This document shows positions 21,609-35,200 of a stretch of 64,000 bases of DNA, one piece after another (positions within the stretch are counted from its first letter, which is position 1; each line of letters opens with the position of its first letter). This DNA comes from Squalus acanthias (lineage: Eukaryota). Location of the stretch: positions 112,532,001-112,596,000 of the forward strand of contig CM059432.1 in assembly GCA_030390025.1 (NCBI GenBank), read 5' to 3'. The translations under genes were made by a program, and so were the position numbers. The notes below the pieces were generated by a model. It did not search any database. It was not told where the DNA came from and worked only from the letters and a program-made list of their open reading frames with translations.

Positions 21609-24600
21609 CTAATCACCCTTGTGGAATCCCTTAGTGCTTGTCATTCTGGTGCCCTTTCCTGCTCTCGTGCTCCTACGAAGTGCTCCTCCAGTGGCTGCAG
21701 CATGGCTGGTGGAAGGCTGCTGCGTTTCTGTGGGTAGAGACTTCAGCTGGCCTTGCAGGATGACCTCGAGCAGCTCTGAACCTAGAAGACCCGGCTGTAG
21801 ACTGCACCACCTCGGCATGGGCGGCAGCAGTCTGGGCTGGCTGGCTGACAGGCAGCGGCAAGGGCAATGACAGAGTGGCAGTCGTGGGAGCAGGAATACT
21901 GTCATCCTGAGAAAGGACAGCAGGTTCCTGCTCCACTGACCCACTGCCACTCCCCTTAGCCGTGCCTCAGCATTCCTAGCAATCTGGTGGAGCACAGATT
22001 GCTGGCCTGCTGTGACACCGTGAAAGCCCCGGTCGACAGACTGAGCTTGTGTGGCAGCAAGCTGAAACTGCATGAGAGCAGTCTGCGCATCCGCTGCAGC
22101 ACTGAGATGTTGGGCAGCTTTCACCTGTGTTGCAATGGCTGCCACAACATCGCTCATCACATGCAGCATCATGTCTGGGTTGACGAGGTCTCCCCTGGAG
22201 TTTTCCATCATTTCCAGGCTGGAAATCCTGGGCTCCATGCTCTGCGCAGTGCCCCATGCAATGTTGGAGGCGGACTCCCACACGCTCCTTGACGTTGCCA
22301 AGAGGCTCTCTGGCAGGCTTGCCATTGCACCGAGCAATTCGGTGTGCATGCCCATCACCCTTCTTCTGAAGGCCACCCCATCGATGTCCTCATCTGAGCC
22401 GTGTGTAGCAGAACACGCGCGCGAACTCGCCCTCCGGGCAGCTGGCCCCCAAGCTATCCTTACTCCCTGGTCTTTCTGCAGCCCACTCATGCCCGGTGCC
22501 TCACCCTGTGCAGATCCTGCTTCTACACTAGTTTCTGAGCTGGTGTCTGCGAGTGACATGCAGTGACGCTGTGTCTTTTTCTTCTCCCCCTCGCTCTCGT
22601 GCATCGCCTCGGGGACAGGCTGGGCTTGTTCTTGATTATCTGAAAGCAGAAAGGCACAAGAGTCGGGCTACGGTGAGGGGAGGTGGGGGGAGGGGAAGCA
22701 AGATGTGCATGCATACAGCATCAGCAGCTTGTACGTGAGAAGAGATTGTGGGATGATGGGGATTTGGGATGTGAGAAGAAGGATTAGGAATGAGCATACC
22801 GTTGTTATCCCCAAGGGCTTCAATCTCGCCCATTGCCACAGTCTCCATGGCTTCCCGTCCAATGATGTCGAGCAGTCACACCTCCAGTTGGCTGAGGTCC
22901 TCGATGGCAGCTTGCCCCCCGGCTGTCTGCCGCTGCTCATGGCGAATGTGAGCCACCTTGGCCTGCAAGAGAAAGGGAAGTGTGTGAGTATGGTGCAATG
23001 TGTTTGGGCGATGTGCCTGCCATAGTTGAACAGCTGTCAGCATGTGCAAGGCATGAGATGTGGGTGTGAGTGTTGCAGCAGTGGTAAGGTTGTGAGGGTG
23101 AAGTGAAGCTCTGATTGTGAGGTGTGAGTGGTGTTAGGTAGAGATTGTTGGTAGGTGAGTGCTGGGGGTGTGGTGCAGTGAGCAGTGTGTGAGGCTAGTG
23201 GTACAGAGTGTGGGAGACGGCATTTGCTGAAGCCTTCACTCACCTTGACCTGCCGTGTGGAGTCATTAAACTTCTTGCGGCATTATATGGAGGACCTGGA
23301 GCCACACTGGTGGCTGTCACATAATTGGCTATCTCCCGTCGCAGCCTTCTGGATGTATGAGCCGATGGCTTCCTGCTGGCTTGCGGGAAGATGACAGCCC
23401 GCCTCCTCTTCACGGCCACCCCACCACCAGTACCTCCAGAGCCGGGTCTGAGAATCTTCTTGCTCTTGCTCTCGCCCTGTGCTGAGAACATAAGAAATAG
23501 GAGCAGGAGTAGGCCATTCGGCCCTTCGAGCCTGCTCCGCCATTCAATGAGATCATGGCTGATCTTCTGCCTCAACTCCATTCACCGGCCCTATCGCCAT
23601 ATCCCTTGATGCCCTTACTAGTCAGAAATCTATCGAATTCTGTTTTGAATATACCCAATGACTGAGCCGCCACAGCCCTCTGGGGTAGAGAATTCCAAAG
23701 ATTCACCACCCACTGTGTGAAGCAATTTCTTCTCATCTCAGTCCTGAATGGCCTACCCTTTATCCTGAGGCTGTGGCCCCTGGTTCTTGACCCCCCAGCC
23801 AAGGGAAACTTTCTCCCAGCATCCACCCTATCAAGCCCTGTAATAATTTTGTATGCTTCAATGAGATCCCCTCTCATTCTTCTGAATTCAAGAGAATACA
23901 GGCCTAGTTTACTCAATCTCTTCTCATACGACAGTCCCGCCATCCCAGGAATCAATCTCGTGAACCTTCGTTGCACTCCCTCTATGGCAAGTATATCCTT
24001 CCTTAGGTAAGGAGACCAAAATTGTACACAGTACTCCAGGTGTGGTCTCACCAAGGCCCTATATAATTGGAGTAAGACTATTTACTCCTGTACTCAAATC
24101 CTCTTGTAATAAAGGCCAGCATACCATTTGCCTTCCTAATGGCTTGCTGCACCTGCACATTCACTTTCAGTGACTCATGTACAAGGACACCCAGGTCCCT
24201 TTGAGCATCTGCATTCCCCAATCTTTCACCATTTAGGAAATACTTTGCCTTTCTGTTTTTTCTACCAAAGTGGATAACTTCACATTTATCCACATTATAT
24301 TCCATCTGCCATGTTCTCGCCCACTCATTGAGCCTGGCGAGATCCCCTTGAAGCCTTTTCACATCCTCTTCACAACTGACACTGCCACCTAGCTTTGTAT
24401 CATCAGCAAATTTGGATATGTTACATTTAGTCCCCTCATCCAAATCATTGATATAGATTGTGAATAGCTGGGACCCAAGCACCGATCATTGCGGTACCCC
24501 ACTAGTCACAGCCTGTCATCCTGAAAAAGACCCGTTTATCCCTACTCTTTGTTTTCTGTCTGTTAACCAATTCTCAATCCATGCCAGTATATTACCCCCA

Positions 24601-25766
24601 ATTCCATGTGCCCTAACTTTGTTCACCAACCTCTTGTGTGGGACCTTTTCGAAGGCCTTCTGAAAATCCAAATACACCACATCTACCAGTTCCCCTTTCT
24701 CTACTCCACTAGTTACATCCTCAAAGAACTCCAACAGGTTTGTTAAACAGGATTTCCCTTTCATAAATCCATGTTGACTCTGCCCAATCTTACTATTAGT
24801 TTCTAAGTGCCCAGTTATTGCATCCTTTATAATAGATTCCAGCATTTTCCCAACTACTGATGTGAGGCTAACAGGTCTGTAGTTCCCCATTTTCTCTCTC
24901 CCTCCTTTCTTAAATAGCGGGGTTACATTTGCTATCCTCTAATCTTCAGGAACCGTTCCAGAATCTATAGAATTTTGGAAGATGGCAACCAATGCGTCCA
25001 CTATCCCAATGGCCACCTCTTTCAAAACCCTAGGATGTAGGTCATCCGGTCCTTGGGGTTTATTGACTTTTAGTCCCATTAATTTTGCTAGTACTGTTTT
25101 TTTACTAATAGTAATTTCTTTAAGTTCCTCATTCTCGCCACAGCCTTGGTTTTCTCATATTTCTAGGAGGTTTTTTGTGTCTTCCTCCGTGAATACAGAA
25201 ACAAAGTATTTATTTAATTTCTCTGCCATTTCCGCATTCCCCATTATAAATTCTCCCGTTTCTGAAGGACCTACATTTACCTTCGCCAGTCTTTTCCTTT
25301 TCACATACCTATGGAAGCTTTTACAATCCGTTTTTATATTTTTCGCTAGTTTGTGCTCATATTCCATTTTCCCTTTCTTTATCAATTTCTTGGTCCCCCT
25401 TTGCTGATTTCTAAAAAGATCCCAATCCTCAGGCTGACCGCTTTTTCTGGCAACTTTATAAACTTCCTCCTTTGACTTAATACTAGCTTTAATTTCTTTT
25501 GTTAGCCATGGTTGGATCACTTTTCCTTTTGGGTTTTTATGCCCGAGAGGAATATATGTTTGTTGCAAATTATGCATTATTTCCTTGAATGTTAGCCATT
25601 GTATGTCCACCTTCATACCTTTTAGTGTAGTCTCCCAATCTACCATGGCCAACTTGTCCCTCATGCCCTTGTAGTTTCCTCTGTTTAGATTGAAGACCTT
25701 AGTTTCAGATTGGACTACATCACTCTCAAACTTAATGTAAAATTCAATCATATTATGCTCAATCAT
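21609..25766 (-). pseudogene. Harbinger Myb/SANT-like gene; start codon separated from the rest by a CR1 insertion
   Basis: Removing the CR1 restores ATG(25766) MIEHRARARARRFSDPALEVLV; then VKRRRAVIFPQASRKPS...EIANYVTA...CRKKFND; donor AAG|GTGAGT near 23203, acceptor near 22962; last exon in ORF 21609-22604. Confidence 0.85.
23485..25755 (-). mobile_element. CR1 LINE, 5'-truncated (2.3 kb)
   Basis: ORFs 25155-25835, 24516-24890, 24078-24482 and 23572-24054 are collinear ORF2 pieces; 3' UTR at 23485-23571; tgct at both junctions. Confidence 0.95.
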
Positions 25767-26694
25767 CTCTTTGTAGTAGCACCTGCTCTCAGGTGGAATT
25801 CCTACTGGATTGACAATGAGGTGCTGTAGCATCAATGCACCTCTCCTTTAAGTACTGAATAAAGCCTAGGCCAAACATGACTGGGAATTAGACTGGATCC
25901 GATATTGGCCCAGCTGTTGAACGGTAAGCCAATGAGCTGCAGTTTTAGCGCTGAGATCAGCACTATAATCATGTTAATGAGGACTGAGCACGAATTTTGC
26001 ATGCTACCTAGACCAGTTTCACCCGGCTCAGCATAATAGCGCTGAGCCATGACACCGCCCGTTTTCGGGCCATATGCAATTTCTAGGCCTATGTTTCTAA
26101 TGAATGGCTTTTGAGATAAAAATGACTAAGAGCTATGTAGCAATCACACGTGGGTGTTAAAGGTGCATGTGAAATTTTCATTTTAGTTTAGAGAAGAAAT
26201 TTTATTTCCAGTGTGCATTTTTGATAGTTACTCATTTACATATGAATAAAGCCAAAACAAGCTGGCAATTTTCTATATAAAATAACTGAAATCCTCAGCT
26301 ATGTACCTACAAGTGCTTTTTGAATGGCTTTTGTTCTTTGAAGAAAGCCTGTAGCTTTGTTTTTGAAAGGTAATTTTGCACTTAATTACTGTAATTTATT
26401 TTATTTTATAGTCGTTTCTCATGACCACGTGAATATTGGACATTCAGTCCCTTTATCTATCTGTATAATTAAGTCTTGCATCTAGTGCATGTCATTCCAT
26501 TAAATGTGTACAACACCCACAGTGTAATACCGATATAATCCTTCAGATTTTAAATCTGTATAGCAAACAAAAAGCTAGCATTAACAATTGGGTGCCAGCC
26601 ACTTGTACAAAACCCACCAATTGAATTACTTGCACTTTTCTTTTTAAAAGTTACCAATCTGGAACCAATAGCTATCACAAAACATACAAGGCAT

Positions 26695-26935
26695 CAGCCA
26701 TCCAGTAGTAGCATTCTTACCTCTGAATCAGAAGGGTGTGGGGTTCAAACCCTCTTCTAGGACTTCAGCACACAAGCTGGACTGACACTTCGGTACTGAG
26801 TGAGTGCTATATTATCAGAGGTGCTGTCTTTGGATGAACTATTAACCCGAGGTCTTGTCCACCCGTTTAGGTGGATTTAAAAAATCACATGACACTATAG
26901 AAACAACAGCTGGTAAGTTCACCCATTATTATTCT
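26695..26935 (+). mobile_element. Degraded SacSINE1-like SINE, 5' part
   Basis: cctctgaatcagaagg..gttcaaac..ctgacact..gtactgag aligns to 46680-46900. Confidence 0.6.
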
Positions 26936-26939
26936 ATTA

Positions 26940-27177
26940 AAATCAGAAATGTTTTTATGCAGGGAGTTGTTACGATCTGGAATACACACCTGAAAGGGTG
27001 GTGGAAGCAGATTCAATAATAACTTTCAAAAGGAAATTGGATATATATTTGAAAAGGAAACATTTGCAGGGTTATGGGAAAAGAGCAGGAGAGTGGGACT
27101 CATTGGACAGCTCTTTCAAAGAGCCGGCACGGGCACGATGGGCCGAATGGCCTCCTTCTGTGCTGTATGATTCTGTG
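26940..27177 (+). mobile_element. CR1 3' end
   Basis: VEADSIITFKRKLD...GYGKRAGEWD plus gatgggccgaatggcctcc...tgattctgtga tail. Confidence 0.85.
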
Positions 27178-27765
27178 AACCCTGGTAGTGAATTCCACAT
27201 CCTCATAATTGTCTGTGTTAAGATGTTTCTCTCGCTCTCTGTTCCAAATCTCCTACATTTAATTGTCTATCTATGGTTCCTCATTCTTGACCCCTCAACT
27301 ACTGAAAACAGTCTGCTTGTATCTACCCTGTCCCATCCTTTCATAATTTTAAACACTTCTTTCATATATCCCTGTAAGCTGTATTGTTCTATCAAAAGAG
27401 ACCCAATTTATTAAGTCTTTATTCATATTTGTACTTCCTCATACCAGGCAGCATATCAGTGAATCTGACTTGTACTCTCTCTACAGCCTCAGTATCCTTC
27501 CTATAGTTTGGAGTCTAATAATGTACACAGTACTCCGAGACCTTATTAAGGTTTTATATAGACTCATCTCAGTGAAAAAAAGCGAGAATTCTATTAGCTT
27601 TTTTAAGGCCTTATCATCTTGAGGTGGTGCCTTTAATGTCCTGTGAACCTGTACCCACAAATCCCTCTGCTCTTCCACAGCACCAAGGCTATTTCCATTC
27701 TGTGTATAATTACTGCTATTATTTGTTAACCAAACTGCATCACCTCATACTTACTGACATTCAAT
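27178..27765 (-). mobile_element. Old CR1 fragment
   Basis: EEQRDLWVQVH...LYKTLIR remnants; a related piece (AKDTKIGG) lies at 28060-28190. Confidence 0.7.
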
Positions 27766-27768
27766 AAC

Positions 27769-27965
27769 ATTGGGGTGGTACAATGTGCAGCAAATGAGCA
27801 TACCTAGGGACTCAGGAACAGCCCTCTGTGTAGCTGTGGTGCAGTTGAGGATGCCACACATCTACTCATTTCAAGCTGGTCTTCCAGAACTTTACAGACT
27901 CCGCAATGCTGACCCCGAGGCTACTGAATGGCTAAAGCATGTATGATGTCTACCTTATCTCCTTG
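27769..27965 (+). mobile_element. Vingi/Ingi-like LINE C-terminal fragment
   Basis: Manual translation IGVVQCAANEHT*GLRNSPLCSCGAVEDATHLL / FQAGLPELYRLRNADPEATEWLK resembles the Vingi C-terminus as I recall it. Confidence 0.6.
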
Positions 27966-28503
27966 ACACATTTCACATTTTTGACTTATCGTTTATCTCC
28001 CTACTTTAAAGTTGTCTTTTGATTTATTTTTATTGTACCATTTGTGCATATATAAATAATAATTGAATTCCATAGAGCACCTTTTAGCCCATTGCCCCAT
28101 CTTATCAATATCCCTTTGGTCTTCTAAAGAGTTAATTATACCTCCTATTTTGGTATCCTTTGCAGAATTTGACACCACTCCTTCTGGGCCTTCTGTGATA
28201 CTTGACAGAAGCCAGAGGTCTAGTATTCAATTGTTAATAGTTCAACAGTTTATCAATGTCAAGACACTCTACTAAAGATTCTGAACTATGTGCTGGCTTA
28301 GCCAGTTTGAAACCACATTTTCAGGAGGATGTCATTGTCCTTCTTTTCGGCAGTGCCTTCTGGGAAAGATAACCTCATTGTAATTTGTGCTCACTTAACT
28401 GCAGAAATGACCAGAACCTTTTTTTTGTTCCGTAAAACAAGATTTTTAATGGGCCAAAATCCCCTGGAAATTTCTATGCTACAGATTCAGGGCTAGATTA
28501 TAC

Positions 28504-28669
28504 AGAGGGGATTTTCCTGAGTCTGTGCTTGGGCAGGCCGGAGCTCACCCTTGTAAAGGTACCTGCATGATTTTTCTCCACTTAGGTTAATCTGACCCAA
28601 ATGATTTCTGATGCTTGCTGCACCCAGGCAACCCAGTGTACCTATGAGCAGACCCAGGAAAACTCCTGT
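28504..28669. mobile_element. Short palindromic MITE-like element
   Basis: aggggattttcctgagtctg / cagacccaggaaaactcct, with inner inverted blocks tgcttggg / cccaggca. Confidence 0.5.
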
Positions 28670-31600
28670 TATTTGTGAAGTGCACATCCATAGAGCTGCT
28701 GCGCTGGAGTACATTTTATTCATCAAATTTGGAGGGTAGTGTTTTCCAATTAGTTTCCAGGATTTCAGCAAAGTATATTTCTGCCGCACTTCTCCACCAC
28801 TGCTATTTAATTAATTTAACAGTGAGGAAAATGGTGGAAAACACCCCCACCAAGGGTTAAAGTGGCAATATTACCCCCATCCCCAACCCTCTTTAAAAAG
28901 AGAAAAACTAATGTCAAACCATCTTCAGGGTTTTTTTTAAACAGAAGACTGAAATAAATATATACCTATTATGAGACTTGCAGGTTAATGGCACTGATAT
29001 ATGGCCTCAAAGTTATATCTCAATACTGAAATTGGTTGAATTTCTCAACATTGTTAGCTTTTTTTGTTTTGCACACCAACCCCCTTCCCCCATACCAACA
29101 GGGCACTAAAGTAGGATTAGTGGGGATTAAAATACCATTTATATGCCACTAAATAATTGCAGCCACATAGATCCTGCCAACCTTATTTGATAGTGGCTTA
29201 CCAGCTTAAATTTTGCCCATGAAATTTTATCATATAGCTGGTCACAGTGACTTTCTCCATCGCTGAACGCTCTGCTCAGTGCCAGCCCGAGTGGTGGAAA
29301 GCAGTGAATTCATTTCCTCTTTATGCTGTGGTATGTGGCACAGAACACTTGGGAGAGGAAAAGTCATTTATATGAATTATTGAACTAAAAGGTTTCATTC
29401 AAAATATTAGAACAACTAGTAGATCTGTGCTGTTGCTCGCAGTAAATCACAGGATACACTATTTCATAATGACAGGAGTGTCACACCATTTAACGCACAA
29501 TGTATTAATAAGTTGGGGAATGTTTATGTTTCATAGACCTTTCCTAGTAGGTGTGAAAGGGTCTGTCTTGAGGAAAGCTGTCTTTTTCTATGGTGGAGCT
29601 GTGTTTTTTATCTGGCTTTCCTTTTAAGGCCACAAGGTTTGATTGGACCACATCATAAGTCATCAGTGTAAATAGGTACATTCCCAGGCTACATACATTA
29701 AATTAATTAGAGGCTAATTTCTGTTACTTGAGGAAGTTTGTTCATCAAATAAAACACTGTGAAACAGCAATCTCCTCATCCTGTGACTGAGCGAAAGGGA
29801 ATGGTTCATTGGCCTCTTGATGCTTTATATTAGCAGCTGCTTATGAATCTCCAGATCCTCCTCCTGGGGAGAAGCCAGGTTATCAAGGTCTGAGAAACCA
29901 GCAGAAAATGACTGGCTTTCCTTCTCTATTTTTTCTTTAAATGCCATCTGGTGTGATGGATGCGCACTATGATGCAAGCCTTTTTAAAATCTGTATATGT
30001 AGATTAATATTCTCTAGCATTCAGTGATTAATTTAATGCTTTACTAAGTGATTAAAAATTATAATATAATAATCTCTACTGAGAACACTTATTGTCCTGA
30101 GCATACTTTGAATACTCAGAGCACAATAAGGCATATTTTAAAAGATGGAGTTGCGTGTTTGTTAATGACCTAGAGAAGAACCTGATAAAAGGAAGTGCTT
30201 TAACTGTTCATATCATAAAATATTTACTTGTTTGACATTGTTGTATTTGTGCTTGGCTCCTACAGTACTGTTAACACTGTGATTAACTAATTTTAAAAAC
30301 TCATTTCATTACATCCCAGTTTACAATATCCTTCAACCACTCATTAGTCTCAAAATACAGTAGTATTCTAATGACAATAGCCTTGTCCAGTTTTAAAAAA
30401 AACATGGTTACGTGTAGTCAATAATTAATTGTCACTCTGCTCAGTAGTTGCACAGTTTAATGCAATTTTCATGTAAATTCTTGTTAAGTGTGGTTTTCTG
30501 ATAAGTGCATAAAATTTCATGGCAAATAGGTTTTACACTTAAGAGGAACTGACTGTAGTACAGAAGATTGATATAATCAGGAAAATCAAATTCCACATTT
30601 ATCATTAATTTTCACATTTACTTTTAAATCTGTAGAAGTGCATGATAAATTGGAAGGAAATTACCATCGTAGGATAAAGATAAGAGCTGTTTTATGTTAG
30701 GAGGCAGAGAGGAGAGACAGGCAGCCTGTACAGGCTCGAATAGAAATGTCGAAAAGGAATATATTGTAGGATATTTTACTTCGCATTAAAAATTTATCAA
30801 AAATATTTTTCTTTTACATCAAGAGGAATGTGGTAACAGAATTATGGTTTATGCTGGTGTAGGAAAGTTTTTCTTATTACTTCATCAAATTGCAGAGATT
30901 AACTTCTTCGATGCCCTTGACTTCCCTTGGGATAATATTTCTCCAATAATGTTCATTTGGTGGTGGAGAGAGATTGCTAACATTACTCATTTCTAACATA
31001 CCCAGTACAAGAATCCCAGTAATGCACATTGTATTATTTCTCACAAATATTCTTTTTTCTGTTACATAACCGTATTATCAAAAGTACTTTCCTCATAACG
31101 GTGTTAAAAACCTGTTTCTTTCATGTCACATGACATAGGTCTTTGCATTCATAACTTCAAGCGTATAACACAGCTGGAATGTATAAACTCGGGTGAACCA
31201 ACGTCTCAACAAGTGTTAAGGTGTAGATTATACACGTGACAAATTATTGTATTGATAACTTCAAGCATGTATCAATTGGCTTCAATTCAGAATTGGAAGG
31301 TTGTATGTGAGTTATCATCACAGGCAAGCACTAAGGTGTAGAGTATGTAAAATAAAAGAGGTGGTGGAATGTGGTAATGGTTACAACACATTGCAGATTC
31401 TGTTTTTTTTAAGTTATTTTCTAACTTTTCTCCCTTAAATTTCGTCATATCGTACATATCGAGTGACTGAGACCTGTTCTCTGACTTCACAAATTCTGCT
31501 CTGAACAAGCCACCAGGAGGTCCATGAGAGCAATGTGAGTTAACTCTTCTGATTTTCCATAGCTCCCTGTGAGGAAGGTTCAGGTCTCCATTTGCCACCT

Positions 31601-33187
31601 TCCTTGAATGGCACAGCTGATAACTTATGTGGAATTGTGGACGATGGTGATCAATTATAAAGCACTGGAGCTTTGCTCATGCTTTTTTTCTGTATTGCAG
31701 CCCTGTAACATGCTTCCACTCATCTTATTTTCTATTTTACATCTTCTAGCTGAACACATTCAGAAAGTGGAACAAAATCTTCCAACAAATCAAAAATAAA
31801 ACAATTGGAGTTTGTTTAAACATATCAAGAATATATCCATCAGTTGTGTTGCAACTTTTTGCATGATGACATTAAGATCTAACTTGTGTGAGCTAATAAG
31901 ACTTTAATCTAACCTTGAACTTCAGTCTAGTATTGTTTCAAGACATCAATGTTTAAAAATGCTTTACTTTAACTGTATATATGGGATGTTCTTTGTTGTA
32001 ATACATACTGTAAACAGAACCAAAGCCTGTGCCAAAGTGTACCAGTGTCAAAACTGAATGAATTGGCAAATTGCTAACAATACACTTTAGCCTCATTTAT
32101 ACTTCCAGCTTCTAAGAGATCAGATTCTGCTCAGGTCATTCTGACCCAAACTGAATGTGATCTCCCAGGGTTTAGAGCAAGGGCTAGCCTTGAATTAGTT
32201 GATGAATCGGGAGGTAGTAAATTACCTGCCTGACACATGCGATTCACTTTTGATTTTTAGCTCAAGTTGGCAGGAGATTCACACCAGCCATTTTGTGCTA
32301 GGCTAATACGAATACCCTATTTCTCAGTAGTCAAGCCTGGAAATGTTTTTATTCTGAAGTCCAACTGAATGGTATAACTCCACATGTTTATGCTCAAACA
32401 GTTGGTGAAATTCTCCTTCAAATTGGCAGTGACTATGAATTTGCAGAACAAGTATAAATGGGGTCATTTTGAGCTAAGCCCTTTCCTTGCTATGACCTAC
32501 ATCTGTCTAATTTAAAGTGCTAATTTTAGTTACAGTTTCCAAACACTCATTTCCTCCAATTGTGTTCTAGTGAGGGCTGTACATTTGTTGGGACTGTGAT
32601 TTCAGAACTGATAATTCTGCAGATTGTTATCTCGCTCTTATATTAATCAGAAACTTCAAGCAGTTGTTATTCCACATTAACCCCATTTACATTTGCAACT
32701 CACTCTGGGTACTGCTTATAATTTAGACTGGAGCTGCTCCCTTTGCACGCCTTCTCCCAGCGGGCTATAATAATAACAGGCTGTCAATGGAATAACTTTA
32801 TGAAGGAGAGGATGCAAAAAAGGTGATAATATTTACCACACTCTATTAGTAACATTGTTAATAAGCAACAGTAAGGCCTAACAGGAAAAGGATTCAATAG
32901 GGTCAAATGTTTAAAGCTCACTGCCTCTTAGGTCATACAGTACAATATCTACAGTGGAAGAAGTGGGTAACTATCCTGATTTCAATCAAGAGTGATATTC
33001 TACAACAACAACAAAAAGGGCCAAGGCACTTCACATAATGCAAAAAATGGAAGCCAAACCAAAGGATATATGGGACATGGAGTAAAAATGTTTGATGAAA
33101 TAGGTTGGTTTTAAGTAGGTTCTTAATGAAAGAGAGGGATTTGGAGAGGCGGAGGGGCTTAAAGAGGGAATTTCAGAGTGTGGAGCC

Positions 33188-34986
33188 CAGTATTGTCAAC
33201 CCCACTGCCTCTTAAATCAGGAGACAAACTCTTAAAAATCATGCGATTTGGTATAGCAATCATGAGTTGCTATTTTTTCCTGACCCGACCCCTCACTAAC
33301 CTTTGCTCCCAGACAGGAAGCGTATTCCACGACCTTTGCTACCGGACAGGAAGCGCATTCGGCCATCACTAACCGATTACTGATTTCCTCAAATAATCCC
33401 TGATGCCTGTCCTGAATGAATCCATTTTAACTAACGAAATCAGGTTTAAAAATGATGCAGAGTTTCAGACAGCAAGGGACATCTGGGATCTGACCCGCCC
33501 ACTCGTTCCTCCAGCTGCTCAGCGCTCTTCCTATTGTTGTGGAGCTCACGTCAATCACCCGGGCCGGGTTGATGGAGAGACTGACGGCCCTGAGCTGGAG
33601 CTGGAATAAAATAGATTCAGAACAGATCTAGCAGCTCAAAACTGAGCATCCATGAGGAGCTGTGGGCCATCAGCAACAGCAGAATTGTATTCCACCACAA
33701 TCTGTAACCTCATGGCCCGGAATATCCCTCACTCTACCATTAACATCAAGCCAAGGGACCAACCCTGGTTCAATGTTACCTGCCACAGAAGTGCCAGGCA
33801 ATGACTATCTCCAACAAGCGAGCGTCTAACCACCGCCCCCTGACATTTAGCGGTATTACCATCGCCGAATCCCCCACCATCAATATCCTGGGGGTCACTA
33901 TTGACCAGAAACTTAACTGGAGCAGGCACATAAATACTGTGGCATAAGAGCAGGTCAGAGGTTAGCTATTCTGCGGCGAGTGTCTCACCTCTTGACTGCC
34001 CAAAGCCTTTCCACCATCTACAAAGCACAAGTCAGGAGTGTGTTGGAATACTCTCCACTTGCCTGGATGAGTGCAGCTCCAACAACACTCAAGAAGCTCA
34101 ACACCATCCAGGACAAAGCAGCCCGCTTGATTGGCACCCCATCCACCACCTTAAACATTCACTCCCTCCACCACTGGCATACCGTGGCTGCAGTGGGTTC
34201 CATCTACAAGATGCACTGCAGAAACTCGACAAGGCTTTTTCGACAGCACCTCCCAAACCCGCGACCTCTTCCACCTAGAAGGACAAGGGCAGCAGGCGCA
34301 TGGGAACACCACCACCTCCAAGTTCCCCTCCAAGTCACACACCATCCTGACTTGGAAGTATATCGCCGTTCCTTCATCGTCACTTGGTCAAAATCCTGGA
34401 ACTCCCTACCTAACAGCACTGTGGGAATACCTTCACCACACGGACTGCAGCGGTTCAAGAAGGCGGCTCACCACCACCTTTTCAAGAGCAATTAGCAATG
34501 GGCAATAAATGCTGGCTTTGCCAGCGACGCTCACATCCCAGGAACGAATAAAAAAAAATCAATCTAACCCATCATTTACAATATTTAATTAAACTAAATT
34601 CATAAATTTCACAAAAAAAGTTTCAAAGTTTTCTAAAGGCACACGCCGCCAGTACTGTGAGTGTTTGTGATGGTTTAATGGCGGTCTCCATTACCCAGCA
34701 TGCTCCGTGCTCTCAGGTTTAGTTTAGTAATTTCGCCCTCCGTTGCTCCAAAAGCACTTCACCCCGCCCCCATTCTCAATCCAGTCAGTGAAAGCTCCAA
34801 TGGCGGCTGTCTGTACCCAGAATGCACCGTGCAGCAGATTATCCCATATCGATATCAGAGGAGCCCAGCGGCGCATGTGCAAATCGGCATATTTTTATTT
34901 AAAATCCCGAGATGTAGGTGATCCATTGCAAGATCGTGAGTGAAACTTTATTTCACTCTGAAATCGGGTCTCTTGCGATGGATCTG
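33188..34986. mobile_element. Unclassified non-coding insertion (possible non-autonomous DNA transposon), itself split by a LINE
   Basis: Interrupts the L2; CAG...CTG ends flanked by duplicated ggagcc; internal direct repeat acctttgct...gacaggaagcg.attc; no convincing long TIR. Confidence 0.4.
33611..34558 (+). mobile_element. CR1-clade (Zenon-like) LINE 3' fragment with internal deletion
   Basis: ORF 33980-34495 matches 11399-11957; ends gaataaaaaaaaa. Confidence 0.9.
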
Positions 34987-35200
34987 GGAGCCTAAGTGGC
35001 TGAAGGTACAGCCGGCAATGTGGGGTTAAGGGGGACATGCTCATGAGGCCAGATTCAAAGGAACAGGGAGTTTGTTGGAGGGGATTGTAGGGCTGGAGGA
35101 GACGATACAGGAGGAGCAAGGCCATGAATTCTAACTGTTTTTACACATGGCTTTGATTTCCCATTTTCTGTTTTTAGCAAATTTGAGCACCAGACAGTAA

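Larger units (their letters stand above)
19852..26089. mobile_element. Decayed two-gene PIF/Harbinger transposon
   Basis: Degenerate TIRs ggtttaaaaatt / aatttctaggcc, near-TSD aat/tat, transposase on +, convergent Myb gene on -, CR1 insertion at 23485-25755. Confidence 0.88.
33001..35130 (-). mobile_element. Old L2-like LINE 3' end, split (33001-33187 and 34987-35130)
   Basis: agagggaatttcagagtgtggagcc continues as tggctgaaggtacagcc after the insertion; L2-type 3' sequence recalled from memory. Confidence 0.55.

Noticed and set aside
29826..29948. 40-aa minus-strand small ORF MAFKEKIEKESQSF...HKQLLI
   Set aside because: Protein-like composition, but too short and unsupported.
31287..31598. 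103-aa ORF in the TE-poor island
   Set aside because: GTG start, no recognisable homology; consistent with chance.
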